DNA of 64,000 bases, taken from assembly GCA_046563655.1 (NCBI GenBank), contig CM102284.1, positions 4,464,001 through 4,528,000 on the forward strand, in the 5' to 3' direction. Source of the DNA: Yuukianura sp. NJ FZ-2021 (Eukaryota). Under the pieces are notes generated by a model that was not told the DNA's origin, ran no database searches, and was given only the letters and a program-made list of their open reading frames with translations. The position numbers and the translations under genes were made by a program. Each line of letters opens with the position of its first letter. Positions within the stretch are counted from its first letter, which is position 1. Positions 26,901 through 39,627 of this stretch are shown here, piece by piece.

Positions 26901-29281
26901 GTTCTTGCTGGGGCGGAGAGGCGACCAGATGATGATGCTCTGTCTGAAGATGCGATTGAACTTGCGTTTCGGATTCGGCTGAAGGTGGTGCATATGGCAC
27001 AGCTCGAATCGACTGATTCATTACGGAGGCAAGAGACATTGGTGGCGCCGGGGGCCTTGGACTCGTGGGACGCTGATTTGCTGCCGATCCTTGGCGAAGC
27101 TCATGTTCCAGTGGCACGTTAAATGGTTGCGGAGGTGGTGGCGGAGGCGGAACACTGCCAATGCCCGTATGAAACGCAGGATTGATTTGTTGTGGTTCAT
27201 TTGGTCTCATAGGATGTGTTCTATGTTGTAGATTTGCTTGAGAGACGCCACCTTGCGGGAAAACTGCTACCGGAAGCTGCGGCTGCATCGCTGCTATGGC
27301 TGCTGGAGGCAACTGACTTGGATTCAAGTTTGGTGGTCCTTGTCCATGCGGAGCTGTAGGCACGGATGTGACTCCCTCAGCAGCAGCGTTCATTTGAATT
27401 CGTTTGGCCATTCGTGGACTTCGAATTTCCGAGAAGAGGTCAATCCCTCCTGGTGTATATGTAAACGGCTTCTTGTCCTTCATCATGGCTCCTTGGATTT
27501 GTTTTGGTGGGCCTTTGCTCATCGGTCCAATCTGCATCAACACCTCATTGAAATCCCCAAAACTTTCATAATTTCCTAATCCTTTAGAGGTAAGTGTTAC
27601 CGACCTCACTGTTGAGCCTCATTGCCGGAAGCGAGCCTGGCGGGGCCATTGGTGGAACTGGTGGTGGTGGAATTCCTGTGGTTCCATCTGCAAAGAGGAA
27701 GGAAAAGACAATTAAAATGTAACTCATCCATCATCGACTCAAGGTGAGTGAGACGCCATAAATGGCCAGTGTGACTCAATTTGGCAATCATCATGGGAAA
27801 CTGTTTCGGCAACTTTTGAATCTCGATTTAAAAACATCTTGAAACCATAGTACTACTTTTCAATGCTACTTCCGTCCTCGTCGTTTATCCCCGGAAACAA
27901 TAGCATCTTTATTAAATGAAGCCTTGAAACGATCAAATTTCAATTCAAGTACCTCCATATTATAGAATGCCGACTTATTCAAAGTGAGTCGCTGATGTTA
28001 ACTAACTAATTAACGACCAATTGAGTTAAGGTGTTCAAACTTGATTTGCTAATTGTTAATTTCATGTGCTTACTAGTTGAAGGGAGTGGTGGTGGGGCTG
28101 GTGGAGTCCCTGGCGTCGTCCCACCCGATCCACTGCTTCCTTGTCGTCTGGAAATTAAATCAAAACTTAAACGAAAGTGTGCTTTGTGGAGTTAAGTTTT
28201 GTTGATGTGAATATTTAACTGCGGCTTGTTTTGTAACTAAAAGTGTGTTCAAACTTAACATTTGAAAATTATTATTTCATGTTGCCACAAAAATTTTGCT
28301 TTCATTTAGAGAAAGTTGTTGTTTTTTTTTGTTTTTTTTTTTCGAAAAATTTCGAAAAACTGCCCAGCAGGTATTGAGAACACAGTTTTAATACTGATTT
28401 ATGGCGGTCGTGTCAAACTAATCAGATTTAAACCACAAAAGAGCGAAATTGTGTCTGACCTTTTGTGACCCTAAGATTGCAAAATGAATATTCTCACCAA
28501 GAGCCAAAATTTAGCAAGAACCTACTTAAGCTCCTATTGTTTAGGCACTTTTTTAGTAAAATTTTAACTCATTTCGTAATTGTATCGTAACGACTGTAAA
28601 GTTTTGGAAAACAAAGGGAGATTAAGAACTGTGCCAAGAATTTACATGACCCCATCAACCGAAGAAGTCTAGTGAGTGAATGACCTTCATAACTACCATC
28701 ATCAGCCCCAAAAACAAAAACAATAGGGTTCACGTATGTTGCAAAATTGAATTAACGTCACTCATCAATCACTTAGCAAAACCAGCTCATTTCAACAATA
28801 ACAGACTTGGACAAAATTCAAAATTTTGCAAATCTTTCAAAAAATGAAGAGCAACGCTTTGAGTGGAATTTGAAAAACAAAAATGGATGCCAAAGTAGAC
28901 CAAAAACAAAAGGCTTTGTGCATTTTTCCAGGAAAACAATGATTCTCTAAAAATGTGTTATGAATATGAAATCGTACACTTTTGACATGTATTGCGGGTA
29001 TGTGCAGTTATGCTAGGTTATTGAAATGTTAGAGTATGTTTAGGTTAGGGTATGTTGTCTTACACTATTGTTTCGAGGATCGGTACAACTCCAAGGTCTT
29101 GTTTTACACATGACGGATCTTTTTGACTAATGAAATGGTTGGCTTCATTGTTTCGATTGGTAAGCATGTCACGGTACATGGAGTAAACCAGTTTTCGGAC
29201 TCGGGGATCCGACGGATCCAATTTCGGTTTTTCGTTTTCGTCAAACTCCAATGGCTCACTAACTCTCAAAACGTAGGCCAT
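20956..29281 (-). CDS. Large Pro/Gln/Ser-rich disordered protein with repeated S[RK]xF[KRQ]xL[QRH] motifs (resembling the PDZ-LIM/Zasp DUF4749-type motif), long isoform ~1668 aa
   Basis: Exons (-): 29281-29064, 28147-28074, 27687-27605, 27531-26377, 26294-26104, 26035-25956, 25887-25810, 25742-25617, 24128-23892, 23720-20956. All introns are GT-AG and phases chain correctly. Conserved-looking block KDKKPFTYTPGGIDLFSEIRSPRMAKRI; motifs VQSRSFKVLQ and GGNIPSRSFRMLQ. Confidence 0.8.
24625..25561 (+). CDS. POLE4: Histone-fold (NF-YC/CBFD_NFYB_HMF type) protein, DNA polymerase epsilon subunit 4 / Mes4-like, 228 aa, nested antisense in a host intron
   Basis: Exons 24625-24697, 24870-25330, 25409-25561. 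C-terminal LFQLPVSRIKRIMQIDPDTQLISKEALAVMAISTENFIAMLAQQ...KKRITMDHFKSTV...DFLEGTL matches the POLE4 pattern (LPLARVK..DPD...KRKTLQ...FLEGTL). Long acidic N-terminal extension. Confidence 0.8.
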
Positions 29282-31541
29282 TTTTTACTTAATATTCAAA
29301 CTTTATGGAAACACTTGCTCCTTTGTCAATAGTAGAAAACTGAATTTGCACACTTTGCAAAATTTGCAAAGCCTGGAACTGCAAAGTGCAATTCGTGATA
29401 ATCGCGAATGCAGCTAACAAACTTTGCTAGGAGCTCCTTCCAAACTGAATCGCAGAAATGGAATGTGCTTATTGTTGCAGAGGCAGACAAAGATGAGGAG
29501 CGGAAATTTTTTGCACTTACGCCACAGCATAACTTGCACTTTTGCTATGTAACTCATGGCGCTAGAGCCATGGATTATATGAATGTGACTCAGAAATTGC
29601 AAGAAGCTGTGCCTATGAATTGGAATTGAAATTGAATCTCACTGCTACACAGTTACTGATGAAGTGTGACCATCGTCATGAAGGGCATGATGATTCAAAA
29701 ACAAAATTTAAACACCAAAGACTCAATGATGTCATTGTGTCTCCGTCACAGCATCTGGAATTGGCCAAGGATCCTTCCTACACTTTTAAACTTGCAAATT
29801 TTTGAAAAGTGAAAAAATGTGAAACAAATTATAACCTTCAACTTCAAACCCAAAATCCATGTTTTTCTCATTTCCCTGTGGAATATATTTGAAGTGTGAA
29901 ATTTGAAGTGTTATCGCCCTTTGGCACTTTGCAAAAGATACTTTTTTTTCTGCGAATTTTTATGAGATTCAAACACAAGAGCTGGATATAACCTTAGTTT
30001 GTCTTTCACCGAGGAGTTTCAGAGAGTTGAGTTTAATATTAGACCGAAAGAAAGATGATGTCATGACTAATTTTTTATATTTGCAAAATTTAGTAGCGCC
30101 ATGTGTTCCTGGAAGTAAGGAAGGAAGCGAAAGAATCTCTTTTGGAATTGGATCTTCTAAATCCAAACAAAGTGGTTTTTGTGAGAAAAAAATGAAACTG
30201 CTTTTTTAATGTTTAGATTTTGCGTGGGTTTTCGGTTCCTGGTTATTAGTTCGTGGGCAGGATCCTTTGAACTCACGGGAAAATAACAGTTATTAGTAAA
30301 CTCTGTGCAAAAAGTTTTGCATAATCTGCCCCATTTTGCACTGGAAATTAGCGGTTCAGCAGGTAATATTAGCTCTTGAGGTGAAAGCAAACGCAGACTC
30401 ATTTTTTTTTGTACAATTTTACATGAGCCACTTTTGGCAAATTTTTCGAGCACATTCTAATAAAATGTTGAGCAAATTCGTCAGAATTTCTTGTTTTTCA
30501 AACAAAAAAGTCACAGCGTTGCTTGCCTGGTGGTGCGTGACCAAATATGAGGAAAATTTTGACAAATCGTAAAAAGTTAACTTACCTATTCTAAAATTTA
30601 ACTTGTTGAAATTAGTCTTACCGCCATGGTGCAGCTCCGGTTGGAGTATCCATCGTTTCCTTTGACTTAAATCACCAATTTTCAAATGCAAAATAAAACT
30701 ACGTTAATTGAGCACTTAACAAATTGAACAATTTCGTGTAACTTTGAACTGGCAACTGTAAATCTCAACTGATTCTAAAACTATCGACTGTTTTACGAAG
30801 TAAATTTTTGTTAGTCTTTTTTATGAAAAATGTCTAAATCGACTAGAGTAAAGAAATAAGTCGCGACGGCACAGGGGTCTGATTTTGAGGTAAAACAAAA
30901 GTAAACTAAAAGTTGAAATGAAGCAGAATTGCTAATTCTAAAGAATAGACGCTAAAAGGAATTTAGACTAACGGATGTTAATTTTTTAAAAAGGAAGCGG
31001 GTGAAAGTGTGTAGCTGTTTCGGAGGAAGTGATGCCAGGGAAAGAAGACAGAAGATACAGCGACTGAAGAGGCGTAAACTAGTCCAGCATCAATGCCATC
31101 AAACTCCCGGGTTTATTTTTAGGAATCAGTCGACTACTTTTAAACACTGTCGAAATCAAGGGAAAACTAAAACTTTTTGGCAACACTCACAATCAGACAA
31201 GAACGCATGATCTCCGCCTTTGCAAAAGTCTCAACAAAACCTCTCGGATTTGGCTCTATCTCAAATTTTTAGACGCTTGAATTTAACTAAATTCATTTAA
31301 TTAATTTGCCAGGCTTAAACAATTCACAAACATAGTACTGCAAATACACACCTTGCACTGTGCAACTCGATCCTTGGTGTAAGTAACACTATTTCAAGGC
31401 TTAGAAAGAAACAAAAAAAGTTTCAACAGCAGTTTCAAGAGGAATTTAAGGATTCAGATCTACTTAACAGTAAGGAAACGATTTAGAATTTAGAAAATCG
31501 TAATCAAACGAAAAATTTTGAAAAAAAAATTCACTTCAACA

Positions 31542-31612
31542 TGCACTAGCCGAGACTCGAACTCGGACCTCATGCTTGGCAAGCATGAATTCTACCCTTG
31601 AACCACTAGTGC
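31542..31612 (-). tRNA. tRNA-Gly (GCC), divergent isodecoder
   Basis: GCACTAG TG GTTC AAGGGTA GAAT T CATGC TTGCCAA GCATG AGGT CCGAG TTCGAGT CTCGG CTAGTGC A: 71 nt, complete cloverleaf, B-box GTTCGA, and a T-run terminator ~12 nt downstream. Confidence 0.92.
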
Positions 31613-32144
31613 TCAGCTGAAGTACAAAGCATTCTAAAGTTGACTTGAAGAGAATTTGGTTCTGCATCATGAAACATTTGGTTCTTCCATACTAAACTGT
31701 GCTCTGCATTTGTATGTAAAGTACCACGACCACTTACTTGAAGCTGGCATGATATTGCATGCAATGCAATGCAATATGCAATTCATATAAACAATGATAA
31801 TTCCATTGCACAAATACAAATAAATTAGAAAAAAATTACAAATCCAGAATAAATTATCATTTGAATTTAAAATTATTTAAAAGACGTTTCCTAGTTTAAC
31901 TTCATTCATTTCCATCTTTTCTCCGTCTTACCATGGTAACGGTAAGTTACCTACCACCTTTATATGTCCATCTACATTCTGTACACAAGTTGTGGCAAAC
32001 GAGAGAATAGCGAAAGAACAAAAAAATTGCAACAGATAAGCGTAGATGGCAGATCATCTCACTCATTGTCAGAGGAATTTGTATTTCAAAGGTTCAAAGG
32101 CGTTTCATTGTGTACATGAACTGACGACCATCCTCACAACCCAG

Positions 32145-32216
32145 TCCTCGGTAGTATAATGGTCAGTATCTCCGCCTGTCACGTGGGAAATCGGGGTTCG
32201 ATTCCCCGCCGGGGAG
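32145..32216 (+). tRNA. tRNA-Asp (GTC), variant copy
   Basis: TCCTCGGTAGTATAATGGTCAGTATCTCCGCCTGTCACGTGGGAAATCGGGGTTCGATTCCCCGCCGGGGAG closely matches metazoan tRNA-Asp. A T-run follows at ~32219-32227. The anticodon stem has two G-U pairs. Confidence 0.9.
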
Positions 32217-35200
32217 TATTTTTTTTTCCTTTTCATACGAAAAATATAAAAGTTTATTATAATTTTATTAACCCTGTGTTCGAGTCCTCCCTTCTCCATC
32301 GGGGAGTAACCTTTTTATTTTATTTATTTTTTATATAACTTTCTTTCAAGTTACATTGGTCAAAACGGCAACTAAACCATTATATATTCGTTAGTTAAAC
32401 TAACAGCTTATGCTTACCAGGTTAATAAGCTTCGTCTCTTTGGGGAACCAGTTAAGATAATTTTCGCTGTCGTCGTACGAATCAGTCCAAAATTTACAAC
32501 ACACGGGATGCAACTCCGTGACCCGCTGCTGGCAACGACAACGCTCGCATTGCTATTGCTATGTAATGTGCAGAGGCCGGAAAAGAAAGTTATAAAAAAC
32601 CGTTTTAAGAACTTAAAATCTCTAAGAAAAATATGCCCAAAAAGTCCGAAAAAAGTTCTAAAAACGACTAAAATCTAGAAACATTGAATTTCATTTGATT
32701 TAACAAGTCCTAAATGTGACACAATAGAAATTTCGAAGGTTTCAATTGTCATATTATGCATTTTGCAAAAAGAATTGGCAAGAAATGAAGTTTTGTGAGG
32801 AAAAAACTTTGAGACGGGAACTGAGTTTTTATGAGACAATCAAAAGCTGTGAAAAAATTCTTGCAGAACGACAGATCTAAACTGAATTTGGTCGAAATCT
32901 TACATTTAAAAAAATGGCATGAAAAAGATGAATTTTAAGTTCTAAAACAGTTCATACTCACGAAAGAATTTATAATTTATTAAAGTTTTTGAAGATTTTA
33001 TTAAAGTCCTAAAACAGATTTATCTTAATTTTCCGGGCTTTGATAATAATGTGTCGTTGAAACTTCCGTTCCTCCTCCTTCTTTCGAAAGAGAAAAGAGA
33101 AAGCTTTCCAAAGGAAGAGTTTGGTTCTTTTGTATCTGGCGTTTTGCAACCATAATTTGGGCGTCTGTCTGTTTGCCTGTCTGGACATCCTCAACCTCGT
33201 AAATTGTCCAGGTCAAAGGTTAATCTTTTCCGCTACTTTACCGCACAACCGGTTACTACCGGTTTAATTTGTTTAGAATTCGAGCCCGGAATTGTGAACG
33301 TCTAGTACTGTCCAGTTGCTGAATCTACTTATTGTTGAACGAGATCACATAACAATAATGCAAAGGTAATCATTGCCTCTACAGCTCTAACGGGACTCGT
33401 AACGTAACAAAAGAAAGGGTTGGTAGGGACTTGAGCCATTCACAACGGATAGTCCATCTACCTGACCTCTATTGTGCTAACGGATTCGGGCATTTTTAGA
33501 AAAGGAGGGAGACAATGACGTTCAGCAGCAGAGTAAGAGTTAGGTCACTTTTAGCCCAAGTTGTTTACGATCTTCTGAAGTCCAAGGTCAGCATCCCTCT
33601 TTTCAAAGTCTGTTCAAATGGACCAAATTCTCAAATGAACCCATTTTGGGACACTTCAATCCTTCCACTTATTCCAAACCTTCGTTTGACATAACAGCTA
33701 CAGCGGGATGGGGTCAGATCAGCTTTGTGTCCAAAAGCAACAGGGCACCCAGTTCCCAGAAAAAACAGACGCTCGGATTTTGGTGTGTTTTGGAAAAAAA
33801 TTACGAGTGTTTTCTCTGAAGATTTGAATGAATACAGCATGCGAAAAAAAATTCCGACATAGAATTTCGATGTAAATTTTCTTAGACTCCACCTCCTCAT
33901 CTGTTGCTTCTTATTTATGATTCTCAGAAGTGGTTTAATTACTCCAATTAAGAGCCAGAATTAAGTCGACATTGGGTGTTATATCATTCATTGAAATTTT
34001 AGTAATGACTCGTCGTTGTATGATGTTTTTGATGGGCGTGGGACTCAACATGCGTCTGTCAGTTTGTGTTGTTGAATTACCAATCTGTGTCCAAGGAGCC
34101 ACCCATTCCCAATAATAGCTCCGTCCATCCGCCCCGTCTCCATTCATCCCCAAGTCCCCCCTGATCCAAGCCCAACCTGTGCAAAAACTAATGCCAAGCC
34201 ACCCTCACCTCCACCCCATCTCAATTTTGCAGAATTTGAAACTTAACCTTAACATTACTCCGAAATGGAAGTTGTGCAGGCGAGATTTGGCAGAAGATGA
34301 AAAAAGTTAAGTACCGAAGACGGTGAAAGAAGAGTAAAATGTCAGAAGAGGTTCCTTTTCTGAAAATCTGTGGAAAAAATGGAAAAATCGAATCCATTGA
34401 ATAACAAGGGGGCGAAAAGGGTTTTGACCCTAGGAAGATCCATAACAAAAATGTAATAGCGTGAGTAGTGTAGATTCATAGCCCTTCAGTTGCCTTCAGG
34501 TCATCTGCAAAGTCTGAGCAAACGGAATAACTGTGGCAGAAGATTGATTTCATCAAAATTGACAAAAAAAACAATTTTCAATTTTTTCTCTTGAAATTGC
34601 CAAAGTTGCAAAAATTTTTTCGAACATTGTAGCAGCCGTCATATACTTTGGAGAAATTCGCCAATTCAAATCTATTTAATTTGAAGTAAAATGAAGAATT
34701 TCCAAAATTTCGACAGCGTCTGATCATCCGTAAGTATTTTTGAAAACTAAAATAATTTTAGTTTTTACATTTCTAAAATTATTTTAGAAATGTAATCCTG
34801 GTGAAGGCTAAACGCGGACGAAACTGTGAGGGCTATTTTCTGGTGTACTAATTTTTACAGATACACATACGTAGAAGTTACATTTGGCATGAGAGTAAGC
34901 TGTGTGTAGAAAATTTGCGCAAAAGGTGCAAAAATGTTGCAAGGTACGATGCGTAAATGAGTTCGTTTTTTGTTTCAGTTTAAGCCACTTAAAGAGCCCT
35001 TAAGATAAAAAGAAACAAGAAATGGTGGCAGATTTAGAAAGGAATGTGCCACTCAAAGTCAAACCTGCTCTTTTTCGTTGTTCTTTTCTGTCTGATTTGT
35101 GAGCGATTATGACTTATTATTGTGCATGTGAGTTTTTCCGAGTATATTAAGATGGTGGAAGTGATAGTAAGTAGTGGAGCGAAATTTAAAAAAGAAGTTT

Positions 35201-36454
35201 ACCATATAAAGGGGAGCCGTTAAGACATAAGATTTTGGATGATGATGATGCTTCCACCCTATGATTACTCTGCTTTCAGAACGCACAAAAACTACCACCT
35301 CTACAACCAAATTTTACATTTTGATACATTCTAAAACAAGTACATAAGGTTACCAATGCATTGGTAAACATTACAATGTTTAAAAAAATTTAGAACAAAG
35401 AGAAACTTTCATGTCTGCAAAATTTGCAGTAGTAGTATCAGATGTCAGAGCAAAAATTGGAATTTGCGTGCGTGAAATTGGAAAATTTTTGCAACTTGCT
35501 TCACTTTTAGCAGTCAAAGTTGAGCTCTTCTGCCAAGGTTCTTAGATTGTGTAAATTAAGAATTGAGGTTGAATCTTCTGAAAGTTCTCTTTTTACTTGT
35601 TTGTTGAGTTCCCATTGTTACTTTTTTGTGTTGTTTTTTTAAGCTTTTGCCTTTATTACCTCTCATATTTCATAATTCATAGCCTAGGAACAGCACATCA
35701 AAACTTAACTTTGAGAGATGAAAGAACTCCTTTCCGTGTTAAGACACTAAAACAAAAGGAAACGCTTAGGCTTCGGAAAAGTTGGTCCCTTCACCAACTA
35801 CATAAACGAGGGGGATGATGATGATGGGATCCGTAGGAAGAAGTTCAGATGCAAAAATTACTGCAACTTTTTGTGCGGTTTGTTTCACATTTTATTCCAA
35901 GAAAAAAGACAAAGTTTGCCTTGTGCGGATGATGCCGTAAAACCGTTTTCTTTGAATTTGGATTGTGGAAGTAATTTTGCAGAATGCCATGTTTCTGTTA
36001 TAGGTGAGCACTTTAGAGTTGATTATAGCCTACATGCAAAACGAAATTATTGTTTTAACATTGTAAATAATGTGAGTATTTGACACAACACTTTGGCAAG
36101 GAATTTGGCTTGCTCAGAACATGAGAATAAATGAATGATTATCTTCTACATTTTCTTTTACCGTAAACACTTTAAAGAAGTTCATCTCAGATGTTTTTTC
36201 GCCTTTAAATTGATGTCAATAGGAAAGTTGAAACAATCATTCTTAAAAACGGGTATAAAGAAAGTAGCTCAGCTTTCTATTACACCATTTCTGATCAGCA
36301 TGCAATATTGTCGGAAAAACTTAATTAATATAGAAATTACGTTAAAAATTGTGTAGGCTTTGCGATATTTAAACTGCATAAATTTTATATGAATCGTGAT
36401 TGCTCCTCAATTATGAACATCCCGGAGTAATTTTTGGATTAGGTCAAATGTGAA

Positions 36455-36660
36455 AACAGATCTCGGGTATGTAGCTGTTTCCGAGATAATTCTCATAGAT
36501 AGAACGGACAGCCAGACAGACTGACATGCAAGATCGATACATAAACTAGCTTCACTACTTAAAGACATATTTACTGCAAACTGAAAGACAAAGCGGATGA
36601 TAACAAAGAGAAAGCGCATTTGCCAGATCGAAAGCATATTTCTGGACAGACGGACAGAAT
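36455..36660 (+). mobile_element. Degenerate DINE-1/Helentron-associated element-like fragment
   Basis: tttccgagat...acggacagccagacagactgacatgcaagatcga and gccagatcga...ggacagacggacaga resemble the recalled DINE-1/HINE core (tttccgagat...GACA microsatellite...gacatggccagatcgac). No termini were recognised. Confidence 0.4.
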
Positions 36661-39627
36661 GCTGCTACAAAGTAGTTTTTAAGAGGGATGTTTTAAGGAA
36701 TCTCTGAGGAATATTGTAAAAAAGTAGTGACGTGCCACGTGTATTTTTTTCTGGTTTTCTTTTCTTTTTTAACTGCACTCATTCCCCAATCCTTTCCTTC
36801 CCTCATCCCCACAAACAACAACGTGTTTTTCCCTATTATTGTTATTATCCCCACTCTTAATCACCCCATTCCCAGGTTGGCCAAAACTTATTGCCAGTCC
36901 ACAACAATGACCACTAGCCAGTGGTCTCAAAAGGGAGGCCACTCTGTGTTCAGATTCCACCACCTCACCAGTCTCTCCGTTCGTTTCAGCACCAGATCTT
37001 GGGGTCAGATTCAACCAAAAGAAGTCTTTAGCAAATCCAACAAAAATGGGAGATTCCAAATTAGTCAACTCTTTCCCCTTGCCCCAACCTCATGTAACGT
37101 ACGAAATCGAGTCTTCCAAGTAGAACCAAACGTCAAAATACGCCGAATAACGTTTTCTGACAGTCAGTCGTTTGGAGACTTTGTAACACCTTGACAGTGA
37201 AAGTTGGTGAAAGTACAGCTCTCCTCCTAGAAATTTAGTAGTTTTGTGCTCAATTGAATCCAAAAGAGAAAGCAACCGGAAGTATTTTTTCTTTGCATAA
37301 TGTAAGTGCCATTGTTTTTAGTATATTTTTGTGGGATCTTGAATTTCCAAATGTTCGCTATAGGTTTTTAATGCATTCAGGGCATAAAACTGATGTGTAA
37401 TGGTGAAAGCTGAAGTGCTTTCTCTTTTGCTTCTATTCATTCATCAAAGCGTCAGCAGGGAAGACACAAGACAAGAGATGAGCCATCAGTTTCATGCCAT
37501 GAAATCTGTCTCTATTGTTTGATACCAATTTGTAAGAGGACCGCCTGGTGCTAAGCTGTAGAATCAAAGATGATTACATAAGCGGTTTCTTTGTAACACT
37601 CTAGTTCACTTGCGTTTGACAAATTTTGACAAAAGTTTGAAAGAAAACAAGAGCATTCTTGCAAAAATTACTCTTCATAAGTTCTACAACTTCAAAATTT
37701 CGTACAGAATTTTCTTTTTCAAATTTTGATTTAAGAAGTTTCAAGAATAGAGGTCATCTTCCCACGGATGTATTTTAAGGGCCTTCTATTTTTACACCTT
37801 TGACCTTCACCTTCATCATGTTCAAAGGAAAGGGACTTTAGGGCGGATGAGAAGCACAAGTGAAGATGTCGTTACGAAAAGAAAACAGCCTTCACCCTTT
37901 CTTCCGAAATCCAAATTAGTCAATACTCTGCCTTCGTAACGGCACTTCAACTTACAAAAAAGGATGTTTTTTTCAGAATTTAAAAAATAAGAATTATTTT
38001 TTTGTCACAATTTCCTTTCGCTTCAAATCAAATTCTGCGAAATTCTTCCAGCCCAGCAAGTCCCAAAATTCCATCGAAAATTGAAATCCGTTGCGCATTT
38101 ACATGTTTTCGAAAACTTTCTGCTAATTTTGTTTTGTTTTTTTTTCTCTCTCTCTCTCTTTGTTCGTATTTCTGGAACTTTCAAAAACTCATTTTTTTTA
38201 GAATTCCAAAAAAAAAATCCTTTTTTGTTCTAATTTGGGTTAGTTTGAAACCGAAATCTGCGAAATTCTTCCTGCCCTGCAGATCCCAGAATTCCATGTA
38301 AAATTGAAATTGGAAGAGTTACGAATTCACAAGTTTTTCAAAAATTTTGGCCTTTTATATTCGTTTTCTTATTTTTTCCTGTATTTTTTTTTTTTTTTTG
38401 CATTTCTGATGAAGTCTTTTGATCAAAATAATGAGGAACGTCCAGAGGATACGAAATTGTGTGGAATTTTCTTTTTTTGTACTTGCAAGCCTCTTGAATG
38501 TTTGGAGGTCATGCACTCTGGAGTTGCAGGGCAGATGCGGTCATTTGACCAAACCTGTTTCTGCCTCATTCCTTCACATGTCCACATGCTTTTTCTAACA
38601 TTCTATTCCCATTTCCCATGGCTCAGCTCCGCCAAGACACCTCAGAAGTCGAGGTGGCGGAGCCACTTTTTTTTAAGACTTTGAGTCTTACGACGCCTAC
38701 TTCATTTCCCATCTAAATTCAGCGAAATCCACACTACCTTCATATCTCCGCAACAATGAAAATCAGAAATTGAAGACATAGGCTCTCTCTCAATTCTCAA
38801 ATTCCGTCTTTTGCTTTTAGTCAGCTTTGCTTTAGTCAGCCGCATCATTTCACTTGACTCACCAAAGCACGTAAAAGGGAAAACAGGTTTCAGCATTTCC
38901 TAATTCCCACTCAAAAGGCATCTTTTGCCTCTTCTGTCATATATTTAGCCACTTCCAACGATGACAATGGGTTTGACCTCGAGTCCGGTCATCTCCTCCT
39001 AAGTCTCTGTCTATTTTTAGTTAACCCTAGGCATCTTCAGGGTCAAAGGGTTTTGGGGGTAAACTCTTTTCTGAGTGTAAAACGATTTACCGTAACTGTT
39101 GCATAGACCACTTGATGCTTTCAGGAAGTTGGAGACAGTAGGTAGAGTTCAAACAGAAAGGTTTTAAAAAGTTAGGTTTTACCTCAAAAATGTTTTAAAG
39201 GTTCATAAAAATTGATTTTACGAGTATCGGATCTCTCTTCCTTCGTCTTTGTTAAAAGTGGGTGCCAATTCAAGTCATCCTAATCCGATTCTCGGGATTG
39301 CGAGTAGGCGAATTGCATTTTGCAACCCCACCAAAATCGTATCTAAAAGGTAAATTTCGTAGATGATGGCGTCATTTCCAAGAGAAAAACAAAATGCGCA
39401 AACTAAGAATCAACGCAATCGCGTGGGATTTCCAGAAATTCTAGTTAAATAATCTGTTTATGGAACAATTTGTTTTTAATTCTCTCAGGTACTTGGACCT
39501 CTAACGTGAGAACAGAATTTGAGTGAAAGTCTGGAGAAAGTTTGGTTTGCGAACAACACACTCAAAAAATTTACACAGCAAGTGAGGACGCTAATGCTTT
39601 TAGAACAAGAACTATTCAAAAGTTGTG

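Noticed and set aside
30618..31940. ATG-plus-donor signals on the - strand (ATGGCG|gtaag at ~30627, ATG|gtaag at ~31934) as alternative first exons of the scaffold gene
   Set aside because: They are too short to distinguish from chance without RNA data, and one lies in a palindrome.
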